60,000 nt of DNA, taken from the NCBI GenBank assembly GCA_038087875.1, contig CM075988.1:15688001-15748000 (forward strand), read 5' to 3'. Each line of letters begins with the position of its first letter. Positions within the stretch are counted from its first letter, which is position 1. Of this stretch, positions 23,900 through 36,700 are shown one piece after another. Origin of the DNA: Malacoraja senta (lineage: Eukaryota). The notes under the pieces were generated by a model, which was given only the letters and a program-made list of their open reading frames with translations, made no database searches and was not told the DNA's origin. The position numbers and the translations under genes were made by a program.

Positions 23900-24711
23900 C
23901 AATTGCCATAATTGACTCATCCATCCATCACCCGGCGAATTGTGACTTGCTAACAGTTCCAGCAGTGAATAACTTAATATGGGGTTATTTGAGCATTGGT
24001 TTACGCTCACAAGAATTGAAATTACAACGAGTGCTGAAATTACTGGGGTCAGGCATTACGGCGTTTGCCAGGGGATTGGATGATGATTTCATATCAGATT
24101 CACAACAAGATGCCTTAGCACTCATGTGTAGTGCGCACTTTGAAATAAATTGTATTCGTAAAAATGCAATAAGACCAAATATTCATCCTAAGTATGCAAG
24201 GCTCTGCAAACCATCCAACATACAAATGCCTAATCTGCTGTTTGGAGAAAATCTAGCAAAGAAACTAAAGGACTTGAATGAAGAGTCAAAAACCATGAGT
24301 GGTATGATGATGAAACCACCGATGCTGAGCAGAGCGGTGCGAAGGCAGTATCCCTACAGGCGGAATGCTGGTGCTGGAGAAGGAACAAGCCGATCTTTCT
24401 CGTATAAACGTTGGCGTGCTGCACCGGGGATACGTGGAGGTTCCAATATGCCTACCAGAAGGGGACAACAATTGCCGGTAGCAAACCCCGAGGTAGGGGG
24501 TCCTGGTCTGGTAAGAAATACAACAAATGTTTCACATTCACAAATAGGGGGAAGGTTACGATTCTTCCTAAAAGAATGGCAGTTAATAACAAATGATTCA
24601 TTTATTCTAAGTAGCATTGTAGGATTCAAAATTGAGTTCTATACACACTTGGATCCTCCAATTCAGCTAAATTCAAGCTGGTCACGGATTTTCTCAAAGG
24701 AAGAGAATAAG
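23900..24711 (+). pseudogene. Inverted DIRS segment: Gag C-terminus plus start of the RT ORF
   Basis: ORF 23947..24720 contains DALALMCSAHFEINCIRKNAIRP and IGGRLRFFLKEWQLITNDSFILSSIVGFKIEF; opposite strand to the rest of the element. Confidence 0.85.
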
Positions 24712-24806
24712 TTGATGTAAACAAATCAATCTCTGGCATTCCAAATTGTGTTACAATTTGTGTAAATATTTCCTGATTTAACATCCATTCTGTATTTTCA
24801 TTACAT

Positions 24807-25727
24807 TTACGTGATCTTTTGTCTGCAATTTACGTGATCTTTTGTCTGATGGGAGAGTAGATAATTTATAGTCATTGCTATTTCCTCTCTCAAAGGTTCC
24901 CCTTTTATTCTGGGAACAGCAAACTTTTGTGCTAGTCCAGGAACTTTCAGCTCTGATAATGGGCTCTCATCCTCATAGAAATCATCTTCTGAATCTAGAT
25001 GTTCCTCTTCAGGTTGGGTAACTTCTGGCTCCCCTGTTTCAGGTAAGTCTATGCCAGATTCCCCCTGCGCAAGCTCTCTTGTAGGCCCACGGATAGGCAG
25101 CCCTGTCCCAGTTGCTGCTGGCGCTGGCTCAACTCTAGGCCAACGCTTCATAATTTTTTCTTTTGAAATTGTCGGTGCTGGCACATATGTACGTTTGTAC
25201 TGTCTTTGTTCAGACATTTCTGGCACTGGCTCTCCTGTAGGCCAGCACATATATTGCCTTTTTGCGGGCATTTCTGGCACTGGCTCTCCTGTAGGCCAAC
25301 CACTGTAATAGCTTCGCACAGTCATTTCTGATGGCTCTCCTGTAGGCCACCCTTGTGCCTGTCCCATCCAAGGCACACCCTGTGCTGTATCCTCCATTGG
25401 CCAACACCGACCTAAATCCTCCTGTGGGGGTTCTTTGTAAATCATTTTCCCCATCAGGAGCTCTAAGCTAGCGACCCTTGCAGCCATAACATTTTCTGCT
25501 TCAGGAGGGTATACCTCCGGGTCTGACTCATCCGAGTCTACAGGTCGGGCCGACTTTTGTGCTGCCTTGCGCCCCGCCGCCGGCGGTTTAACGGCACATT
25601 CGACTGCAACGGGAGTTAATGGCTTCGATGCCACTGACTCCTCTGCCTGACGCCCGCTACCCTTAGAATCTGGGGTTTTACCTGCGGTGCGTCCCTGGCC
25701 TCTCCTTCCCCTACGCCCTTTTTCCAT
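24807..25727 (-). pseudogene. DIRS Gag-like ORF1 N-terminal part with 54-bp (WPTGEP) tandem repeats
   Basis: 306-aa ORF just inside the 5' ITR; repeats at 25215-25350. Confidence 0.8.
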
Positions 25728-27455
25728 TGTAAGTTGTGTGGACCTCTACCAACACGTCTGAGCGGGAAGAAAAGTGCCCTGTAAGTGAAAGTGAAACCAC
25801 TTACCTCCGATTTTTACTTTAACTTTGCTTTTTACTCACCGCCTGGAGGAGCTCCTGCTCCTCCACACACGGTCATGAACGCTATGCGTCTGATCGATAT
25901 GACGCGTGTGCGGCTGGACGGGGTCTTCTTCACGTAGTCACTCACGTGACTCCGAAGTAAAATTGTACAGAATAGTGTTAATTAAAGATCATTGAGCGGA
26001 GCCCTATGATCTTTGGTGTTAATGTGCAGGGATCACTGGTCAGCGCGGACTTGGTGAGCCGAAAGGTCTGTTTGCACGCTTTATCTCTAAACGAAACTTT
26101 AAAAAATCCTGAAAATTTCACGGGGATTCGGTATTTTTTCCAATTTCTTACTTCATATTCATTTTATTGGTATTGGGGATGCAAGATAATGACTAGACTG
26201 GCCATGTGGACGGGTTGTCATATGTGTCATATGTACAACAACAGAACATTTAAATTCTTACTAGCAGCAGCATGAGAAGCCTGTAAATACTATACACATA
26301 TTTTATCAAATATGTAATATATATGTAATATTTTCTGTTTTGGTAACGGATTCCTTTATTCTGAACCAACTGCTGATGAGAATGTGAGGGTCATTTTCTG
26401 TGCACTCTTAGTGTAACTCTCCCTCTCACCCATACAATATTCTCCAAGCACCACATCTCTATATAATGGTTCCTCTCATGAAATGCAGGAAACCACTAAA
26501 TGAGTCCGACAGCAATTGTGGAAAGGGAAATGGCATTAATATTTCAGGTCAAAGACCCTCTATCAAAAGCATGATGAAAACAGAAAGCAAGTTAGATTTA
26601 AGTTTTAGAGAGAGCGGAGAATATTTCTGATAGAGTTAGGCCAAGGTTGCCATGAGGATAAATTGCAGAGGTCATCCAGTTGATGGATTAGAGGAGGCAG
26701 ATGAGGCAGAGCATTCATTCATGTTCTATTGTCAGAGCTTGTGATATTTGCATTGTTTGTTGTGAAGATACTCTGTTTGTTCAATCTAATCTGATCTACT
26801 ATTGTATATATTTCCACTCTTTCCTCCGATATTGCCATAACCAACTATTTAAAATTCATAGAATAGTTTTCAACATGACACAGAGCAAAGAGAAAGCTAG
26901 TAAAATGGGTAATCTCTGCATAACAATTTGAATAGTTGCTATCAGTCACCAGATTTGAAAACAATCTCCTTCAATGTTTTAAATGGCTTGTTTCATCCGT
27001 TTTGAAAGGAGGCCAAATTATTTTTGTCCACAGTGATGAAATTAAAACTAAGTGAAATGTAAAATCAAGTTAGTACACATCATGTGTCCAATTCACACTC
27101 ACTCTCCACACTCACTAGCATATCTCACGTAAAAGAAATAGAGCCCAACAAACAACAATACAAAGTAGTATGATACACAATTATTCCTCCGATTCACTTT
27201 CATAGATGGTGGGTGCACATTTCTACAACCTGACTGGATGATGAATGAGAGAATCTGAAAAGGATCAAATAATTTGATAGTTTTGGCTACGTATAATAAT
27301 AAAAAACAAAAAACAAGACTTTCAAATCTAAAGGAATGTCCTAGATGGCATTACAGTTATCTTAGGTTTCAATTCTCATCAGTATTAAAAGCGAGAGTAA
27401 ACCTGGGTTACAAAATGTAAGATCACCCCCATTGTTAAATGTGAGTCTTTCCTTA

Positions 27456-27697
27456 TGGGCCTGTCCCACTTAGGCGATTTTTTAGGCAAGTACAAACGAC
27501 TAGTTTGTCGCCACATGTTCGCCGGGAGTAGTCTCCTCAGTCGTGCAAAAAGTCGTAACGTCTTTCTGGTCGCCGCTAAATTTAAATTTTCAGCTTGACT
27601 TCTCCTGTCGTAGGTTGTCGCTGTTTTTTCGGCGACCTGCTACAACTATGACAGTCGCCGGCAGTTGCCTAAAAAATCGCCAAGTGGGACAGGCCCA
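27456..27697. mobile_element. PIF/Harbinger-like MITE
   Basis: TIR tgggcctgtcccactt...aagtgggacaggccca; TTA on both sides. Confidence 0.85.
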
Positions 27698-28229
27698 TTA
27701 GATAATGACAGATTTGGAAAAGACATTAAAAAAATAAAGCTCAAAAGACTCAATAGGTCAGACAATACCAACAACTACCATCCTTCCTACAACTATAAAG
27801 CAGTCCTGAGCTACTATCCACCTCATTGGAGACCATCAGACTATCTTTGATTGGATTTTACCTTGCATTAAATATAATTCATGTTACTCTCTCTGTCATG
27901 TATCTGTACACTTGTAAATGGCTCGATTGTAATCATGTATTGTCTTTCTGCTGACTGGTTAGCATGCAACAAAAGCTTTACACTATACCTCTGTACACAT
28001 GACAATAAACTAAACTCAAACTCAACATCTGTGGAAACAGAGTTAACATTTCAGGTCAACGATCCTCCACCCAGAACAGCAAAATGAAGAAATTGAGTTT
28101 GCTTTACATTGCAAAGTGAGTGGGACAGATAGAACAATAGGACAATCTCAAATAGTGTTGTGAGATAAACTATTGATGAAGCTCTCTAGTTGATAACAGT
28201 TGGATGTTTAAGGGCACCATAGCTTCCTT

Positions 28230-29110
28230 AGAGGTAAATCACTGAAAACTAGCATTCATGTGCAAAAGGCAATTGACATGTTAGCCATTATTACAAGAGG
28301 ATTTGTCAATTAGAGTAAAAATGTCTCTCTATAATTGTAATGGATGATATTGGACCTGCTTGAGGGTTCCAGCATTTTCTGTTTTCAGTTCCGCTTTCCA
28401 GCATCTGCAGTGTTTTGATTTTCAAAATGGCCTCATTCAAATCATGTCTGGAACATTGTGTATAAACAGTGTTCTTACCTTAAAAGGATATAATTGGCTT
28501 TAAGGTATTGTAACAAAGATTTACCAGACTTGTACCTGGAATGTCAGGGTTGCTGTATGAGGAGAGATTGAATAGTTGACTTGTAATCCCCAAAGTTTAG
28601 GAGAATCGATCTCGTTGAAATGTTAAAAATTCCCTCTATAATGTGCCTGTCCCACTTAGGCAACTCTTTAGGCGACTGCCAGGGACTAATTTTAATGGAA
28701 TTCACCTATGACACCTAGCGACAACCTACGACAACACCCACGACAGCAAAAATTGTCACCAGTCGCCAAAAAATTTTCAACATGTGGAAAATTTTGTGGC
28801 AGTCACCTGTAGTCGCCCAAAAAATCACTTAAGTGGGACAGGCCCATAAGGAGGATCGTTCTCTTGGCTAAGGAGTATAAGAAATCAGGGTCACATTGGA
28901 TAAAGGGTAAGCTTATTACCCTGAGATAAGGAGAAATCGTTCACTAGGTAAATGGTGACTCACTGAAATTCTTTACTCTGGATTACTGTGAAGGATCAAT
29001 GACTGATAAACCATAGAGCTACAGATTTCTAGATATGAGGAAGGCAATCAAGGGATATGGAGAAAACTGGCTCAGGTAGAATATCAACCATGATTTTGAC
29101 AACTGGCAGA
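28230..29110 (+). mobile_element. Old, decayed CR1 3' fragment interrupted by a MITE
   Basis: atttaccagacttgtacctggaatgtcagggttgctgtatgaggagagattg resembles the CR1 RFTRLIPGM region. Confidence 0.6.
28642..28846. mobile_element. PIF/Harbinger-like MITE
   Basis: Same TIR family; TAA TSD at 28639-28641 and 28847-28849. Confidence 0.85.
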
Positions 29111-29655
29111 GTATGTTCCCAGGGCCTGTCCCACTTAGGCGATTTTTTAGGCAAGTACAAACGACTAGTTTGTCGCCACATGTTCGCCGGGAGTAGTCTC
29201 CTCAGTCGTGCAAAAAGTCGTAACGTCTTTCTGGTCGCCGCTAAATTTAAATTTTCAGCTTGACTTCTCCTGACGTAGGTGCTGTCGTAGGTTGTCGCTG
29301 TTTTTTCGGCGACCTGCTACAACTATGACAGTCACCTGTAGTCGCCCAAAAAATCACTTAAGTGGGACAGGCCCATAAGGAGGATCGTTCTCTTGGCTAA
29401 GGAGTATAAGAAATCAGGGTCACATTGGATAAAGGGTAAGCTTATTACCCTGAGATAAGGAGAAATCGTTCACTAGGTAAATGGTGACTCACTGAAATTC
29501 TTTACTCTGGATTACTGTGAAGGATCAATGACTGATAAACCATAGAGCTACAGATTTCTAGATATGAGGAAGGCAATCAAGGGATATGGAGAAAACTGGC
29601 TCAGGTAGAATATCAACCATGATTTTGACAACTGGCAGAGTATGTTCCCAGGGCC
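28800..29655. repeat. 327-bp direct duplication (28800-29126 = 29329-29655) with a chimeric MITE (29122-29375)
   Basis: Direct sequence identity at offset 529. Confidence 0.9.
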
Positions 29656-29744
29656 AAATGGCTATCTTCCTCATACAACAGAAATGGACCATTGGGGACT
29701 AAATGGAATACATTGTGACTTTGCCAGCATCCTATACGTTTATA

Positions 29745-30070
29745 AGTGATAAGAGCAGAATTAGGCCATTTGGCCTATCAAGTCTACTCTACCATTCAAT
29801 CATGGCCGATCTATCCTAACCCCATTCTCCTGCCTTCTCCCCATAACACCCGTACACTAATCAAGAATATATATTTCTCTGCATTAAAAATATCCATTGA
29901 CTTGGCTTCCACAGCCTTCTGAGGCAATGAATTCCACAGATTCACCTCCATCTGACTAAATAAATTCCTCCTCATCTCCTCCCTAAAGGAAAGTCCTTTT
30001 TTCTGGTCCCAGACTTTCCCCACTAGTGGAAACATCCTCTCCACATCCACTCTATCCAAGCTTTTCACTG
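29745..30070 (-). mobile_element. CR1 3'-end fragment
   Basis: LDRVDVERMFPLVG...[13 protein letters not shown]. Confidence 0.85.
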
Positions 30071-30319
30071 TTTCACAGGATTGAAAGTGGGTTTGTAACA
30101 CAAACATAAAAAGTTCGAGAAACTTTTGACCTCAACCCCCGTGCAATGACTGGGTTTGGAGCCCAAATAATTGAATCAGAAGTCACCAAAACAAGTATGT
30201 TTAAGAAAGAGCTGCAGATGTCTAAAGAAGGGTCTCGGCCCGAAACGTCGCCCATTCCTTATCTCCATAAATGCTGCCTGTCCCGCTGAGTTACTCCAAC
30301 ATTTTTGTCCACCAAAGTA

Positions 30320-30780
30320 TACGGGATACGCGTGCGCATTGGGCAGGAGGTGACGTTCGGAAGATGGCGCCGCCAGGGAGAGGGTGCCGGTGGTGAGGAA
30401 AAGGCACCTTTAAATCCTATTCAGTTTCACACTCGGAAGATCGGGGATTCTGGCTGCTTTTTCGCGTGAAGCTCCGATTTGGGGTGATGTCCGAAGACAC
30501 AGCGAACGGAGTGCGGGTAAGTGAAGCACAAACTTTCTTCAGGGAATAAGCTGGCAAGGAAGGCCGGATGTCCCGCCCTGCAGCGTTGATTGGCCCCATG
30601 GCCGCCGCATCAGCCCTGGGCCAGCTTCTCCTCGGTGTGTGTGTGCTCACCGTCAGAGGTGCCCGCCCGGGAATGACCCTGACCTGGCCAGCCCCACACA
30701 CCCTTCCCTGCACACGCACACCGTCGCTTTCATCAAACATACATTTATGCCCTTACCACGTCCCGAACCTGTCGCAACCC
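30320..30780 (+). promoter_or_regulatory. HMBS housekeeping CpG-island promoter
   Basis: CpG-rich; NRF1-like cgcgtgcgca (~30329), CRE half-site tgacgt (~30351), YY1-like aagatggcg (30361). Confidence 0.75.
30487..30516 (+). CDS. HMBS: HMBS exon 1 ([10 protein letters not shown])
   Basis: ATG in CpG island, CGG|gtaagt, phase 0. Confidence 0.85.
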
Positions 30781-33700
30781 TCCACTAACATGTCCTTGTC
30801 TCTTGCCATTACCTTTCTCTCACACAAAACGATGGAGTAACAGCGGATCAGGCAGTGTCTCTGGCGAGAAGGAATTGGTGATGTGTTTAAGAAGGAACTG
30901 CAGATGCTGGAAAATCGAAGGTACACAAAAATGTTGGAGAAACTCAGCGGGTGCAGCAGCATCTATGGAGCGAGGGAGATAGGCAACGTTTCTGTTTGAA
31001 GAAGGGTCTCCAGATATGCTGCCAATCCCGCTGAGTTATTCCAGCATTTTGTGTCTACCTTCCTCTCTCATCACATTTTAAATGGTTATTTTAATTGCTG
31101 GTTAATTGGCCATAGTGTGAGTTGCGAGTAGTGTGTGGATGAATGGTAAGATCTGGAGGGGTGGGATTAGAGTGGGGGTGAAAATTTAGAAAAGTGATTC
31201 ATGTGGGGTGAACACTAATGGTTGGTTGATGGTCAGTGTGGATCCTGTGGTTTGAAGGGCCTGCTTCAGTATATCTCTATGACATATCCTTCAGGAGGCC
31301 CCATAAATGGAGAATACGCCCCAATCTCCATTTACGGGGAAAGTGTGGAGAGAGTGTCCAGCTTTAAGTTTCTGGGCACTCACATTTCAGAGGACCTCAC
31401 ATGGTCCACCAACACCGCTGCGCTGGTCAAGAAGGCACAGCAACGACTGTTCTTCCTGAGGACATTAAAAAAGACTGGTCTGCCCCAACAGCTGCTGACA
31501 ACATTCTACCGCTGCACCACAGAGAGCATATTAACGTATGGCATCTCTGTGTGGTATCTCAGCTGCACGGAGGCGGAGAGAAGAGCTCTTCAGCGCGTCA
31601 TCCACAGAGCGCAGAGGATCATTGGGACAGAGCTACCAGCCTTGGAGGGCATCTACCACACACGGTGCCTCATGAAGGCTGTCAGCATCCATAAGGACTC
31701 ATCACACCCTTGTAACGGTCTGTTTGAACTACTTCCCTCCGGCAGACGTTACAAGGCCTTCTACGCCCGAACCTCCAGACTCAGAAACAGCTTTATTCCA
31801 AGAGCTATAGCGGCTCTGAACCGGCCCTGCTGAGTGCCCCCCCACCCACCCCCGCCCCCTGGACAGTCTCCCTCGGATGGTCACTCAGCTTGCTTGCTTA
31901 TTTATTTATTTTACTTTTCTTGTACATCGGTGGAGCTGCATACTAAATCTCGTTGCACTGACGTGCAATGACAATAAAAGATATTATTATTATTATTATC
32001 ATTCTGTTGCCCTTTTCTCCTTGCACTGCCACCCTTTTCCTGCAGACTTTCTCTCTGGCCACCTGGCACTATCCCACCTCTTAATGGCACGTCCTTTCTT
32101 TCGAAATCCCCTAATGGTTTTGCCACTCTCCTTCATTACTAATCCCTCTTATTTATATATCTTCCCCTGACCCCATTGCTGTTGCTGTTGGGTTACTCCT
32201 TCCATTACTTGCAAGGTATAACCATGGGTGTCTTTACTGGTTTTTTCCCATCTGACTCATTTCCCATCTATTAATTTACTGGTCTTTTCCCATCTGACTC
32301 ATTTTTTTCAGATCAATTCCCACCAATCCCACACATCAGTGGATGCCTATTCCTTTAATTGCATAAATGTCCTTTCTGGCACCTCCCCATTTGCCAAATA
32401 GCACCCTTCTTAACCCTAACTTTGACACCCACACCCCATACTAACTTGTTCTCCCCATGCTGTTCCTATCCAGTTGCATATCCTTGCATCTGTTGTAATG
32501 GCAAAGACACATTTTGCTCCCAAAACCCGCTGCCAAATCATGACTTGTTCTTTGCCACATCCAGTACCTTTACCAATCCCACAGGGTTTATTTCATTCTT
32601 CATTGAGAATAAGGTGTTTTGTTGCAATTGGACATGGAATGTGCTCGCAAGTGTTTTTGAGTGCCTTGTCGTTATGATAAGAATAAATGTCTCTTTTATT
32701 CAAATGTTCTTCATAATAAGGGTAACTTTTTATAATGCTACACATTTCAGGTATATGAAACCTTTGCTCATAAATAACTCCTTGTGGGGACTACACAAAG
32801 TCATTATACTTGATACATTTTTGTTTTTTCAAAGATAAGATGATTGATTGCCTCCCTCCAACCATACCCCTGCCTCCTATCACAGTCACTATGTCGTGTA
32901 TGGTGTTTTGTGGAAGAATTATCTTTTGAGCCACTTGGGCCGAAGAGCCATCTGAGTCACTGTAGGAGGAGGTTCTTTTGCATGGATAAATGTACCAGCT
33001 TTGCAAGAACTTTCTGGCACTGAACTTTCTGATCTACTGAGACTTTGGTGAAAGATAGGTGCAGAAGATGTCAGCGAATGTCTGGGTAAGCTAATGCTTG
33101 GCATAGAGTTCAAGTAGAGGAACATTATTCTATTTGTGTTTAAAGACTGGAATAGTATCTTTGTATAAGATTGAAGAATGAGCTCCATGTATTTTATCCT
33201 GGCTCATGGATGTTGAGCACCATACTTTAAAGTTTTTTAATTCCACATTTCCTCCATTAAAATGTGGAGAAGATTTTTTCCTGTAAATTGTTAGATCTTT
33301 TCAAATCTAGTTAGAAATTTCTGGAAATCATATTATTTTTAATTCTTGCATTTGATCATCCAGAAGCTAAGTATCAGAATGAGTCACCAATACTTTGTCA
33401 TTGTGATGAGTTCATTTCGCAGACAATTGAGAAAGTCATCTTTGAAAGAAGGCAAGAATTGTGACTATATATGTTCAGTAATAGGTTATAGTAGAAAGGA
33501 AAGGAGGAGCTGAGAGAAATGAAAGATAAATCTTTGCAAACACATCTTATTATTGAAGTATTTCCCTCAAAAAATTGTAAAACTAGGGCATATCAATTCA
33601 AGTAATTGGAAAAAGGATTTGAGGGTATTTGAGCTCATGCTCAAAGTGGTGGGTATATTTGCAACCTACTACTTGAAAGGATAAAATCACAATGGTTAGG

Positions 33701-36700
33701 ATGTACTTTTATGTGTACTTAAAATGGTGTAACCCAAAGGACCAAAGACCTGGAGCTAGAAAATGGGAATAAGATGAACAGATTTTGGCTTTCTGAAAAA
33801 AGCTCGGTTGGATTTTAAGCTAAATAAGGAGAAAGAATGGGACATGCATGGTGAAGATGTGTCAGTACAAATCAATATTAACATCACAGAAAGAAAAGAA
33901 CAAGCATGTGCTGAGTATATTTTATTTTTACACAAGGTGGTGGTTTCTTGAACGTACTGCTGTGGGTGGTGGTGGAGGCAGATACGATAGTGGCATTTTA
34001 GCAGAGGTCATTAGGCATTTTGCATACATGCAGGGATATGGATTACGTGCAGGCAGAGAAGATTAGTTGAACTTAGTATCATATGCGGCAAAGACATTGT
34101 GGGCAGAAGGGCCTGTTCCTGTGCTATACTGTTCTATGATTCTATGTTCTCTGTGGTAATAGTGTGTTTGTTAGTTTTGAAGATGCTATTACCACATAAA
34201 AAGACTTGTATTTACATAGCAGAACGCACAAGTTTCTTGGTGCGTTACTGCAATCAAATGTACGCTTTCGAATCCTAATTGCTCTTGCAAAATAGCAAAA
34301 TGTAGCATGTAATTTATGTCCTGCAGGCTTCCACAAACATCACTGTGATAGGAACTGGATATTTGCCATGCTGAAGTATATTGAGTAGAAAAAATGGTCA
34401 TCTTACTAAGGACTCATCTGGTCTTCAAATAATGTTGAAGGATCTTTTCTGTTTACCGGAGAGGGCACAAAGTCAATTGTTTTAATAGATCTTCCTAAAC
34501 AAGGAGCCACTAACAGAGGAGCGTTGAAGTTTTAAAAATGAATAGATGGTAAATAGGGCAGATTGTTTCATCCAATTGGCAACACCTGAAATTTTTTTCA
34601 CATTTTATTGATAATAAGTCGAAAGGAGAAGAGAAAATTTGTTATAGAAGCACAAAATATTTTATAAATCTCTTCTTATTACACTAATCACCCTCTCTAT
34701 CACCAATATACCATAGCTGAGCATATGCTATCTTTATAATGTGCTGCAACAATTTGCCAAGACTGCTTCAAGAGCACCCCACATGTAAGACCTACAAGAA
34801 TAAGGGGAGCACGTGCATAAGAAGTCTGCCTTTCAAGTGGCGTGCCATTCTGAGTTGGAAATATTTTGCTGTTCCCTCAATGTTGCTGGGTCTGTGTACT
34901 GGAATGTTCCTACCTAATAACAATATCAGGACACCTTTGCCACACTGTAATGGTTCACAAATGCAGTTCACCACTATGTAAGGGTTATAATGGACAGGTA
35001 ACTTTACCAGCAATCTCCACACCCTGCAAGTGAATGACACACCTCTTTGAAGCAGGAGGAAATAGAGCTATGAGCATAACTACAAAGTGAAATTGACACA
35101 ATGAACTGAATAGTTCTTTTTTGCCATTAATACTGAAGTTCTTTTGACATTCTTTATTAACAGTGGATTACATATAGATTATAGTCGACTGTAGTGGTGC
35201 ATGGTGCAATGCCATAATCTGCAATGCTACCTTGCTAGTGGCTTTAAACAAGGAATGAACCCTGGGTGAAATAAGGAAAAACAATCTCACTTTGTTCAGT
35301 ATCAAATTATCTTTTTATTTGTACTTGAACAAAAATAAAGTCTCAGTTTAATGCCCGATCCAAAAGGACTAACCCAGCGTCTGTGTTCCAATCTGGAATA
35401 GAGTTCAAACCCACATAATATGGCCCAACCAACAAATAGAAGAAAGGGTGAGAAGTACTTCACAAAGCAGCAGATAGAGGCAACAGAGTTCTTGATGGGG
35501 GAAAGAGTCAAGCAAGTGACAGGGAGATACTGCTGTGGTTTTGGGCTGGGAATGGGGTAAGTGTTTGGCCTCGTGTGTTTACTGGAACGTGGGCTAGATG
35601 GGGCATGCAGTATCTCTATATTGTACTGGGGTCCTGACCCGAAACGTCACATATCCATATTCTCCAGAGATGCTGCCCGACTTGTTGAGTTACTACAGCC
35701 CTTTTGTGTCTTTTATTGTAAACCAGCAACTGCAGTTCCTTGTTTCTCCATCCCGATATTGTACTTACTGTGGGAGTCATTTACTGCAGATTGAACAGAG
35801 AAATAAGTGAAGATATATGTGGGCCACAAGGAATGGTAGTTTTAGTTAAAATGATGACATGCACATCCAGTCATCGAACAATATTGTGTAACAGTTCAGT
35901 GGTAAACATGCTTGAAAATACCGGAGTCCAAATACATTTTTGTGATTATTCAAACTCAATTGCTGACACGGATCCCGCCTCAGTACCTGCAATGGATTCG
36001 AAGAATCCTGAATGAGACAACAATTATTGACTGAGTAATGCACAGAGAAAATTCAATTCAATAATTACATTATGAAGAATATTTGCAGATTAGCAGCTAA
36101 AATTGTAGAAAGTTTTGTCTGATTGATATAGATTCATGATCCACATTATTTTCAGGTTTGTATAAAATAAATGTCTGTAGATGGTTGTGTTTCAGCACTA
36201 TTTGTTCTGAGTTTATACACTTCAAAATTCCCTACACAGTTGATAGTTTAAATTGTTTAAGCTAAAGATGTCTGAGGAAACTTTTTTATTTTTCTGTGAT
36301 TTGAAAGTGGGTATTTTTACTGTGTGTGGTGGCTGCCCATTGAACGTCCTTTCACATATTCACTCTCACAAATTATGTTTTGGTCTCCAGTAAGATTGTC
36401 ACATTTTGTTTTAGAACTCTGCTTCCCACAATGTGAAAGAGAATTCTCGAATTATCCGAGTTGGAACAAGAAAAAGCCAAGTAGGTTGTTTCTAACTATT
36501 TTTCAAAATTCACTGACTTAAAGTAAATGTGTTGAATTTTTTAAGTCTGGGGATATTTTTGTATGTTAGCTTCTCATTTTATTTTATTTCGTTAAAGGTT
36601 CTCAAAGTCTATTGGGCATGTTTTATAGTCTTGAGTATTTAGTTTTAAGTCATCATCTGTTTGCAGTGACAGTTTAACTGTGTAATCTGCACCAGTATCC

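Larger units (their letters stand above)
21533..25963 (-). mobile_element. DIRS1-like tyrosine-recombinase retrotransposon (defective, rearranged)
   Basis: Gag-like, methyltransferase-like and YR ORF fragments; ITRs about 21610-21641 and 25900-25931; ICR 22289-22401 complementary to both termini; AAT at both junctions and no long TSD. Confidence 0.93.

Noticed and set aside
25779..25839. Possible 61-nt intron in the DIRS 5' leader (gtgagt...ttacag on -)
   Set aside because: Very short and unsupported without transcript data.
27456..29375. Recurrent palindromic gggcctgtcccactt units (CRISPR-like?)
   Set aside because: They are MITE TIRs with TWA TSDs in a eukaryote, with no repeat-spacer periodicity.
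35740..36015. ORF containing SVVNML, like HMBS exon 4 (duplicated exon?)
   Set aside because: Similarity is limited to about 15 nt with no matching splice sites; probably chance.
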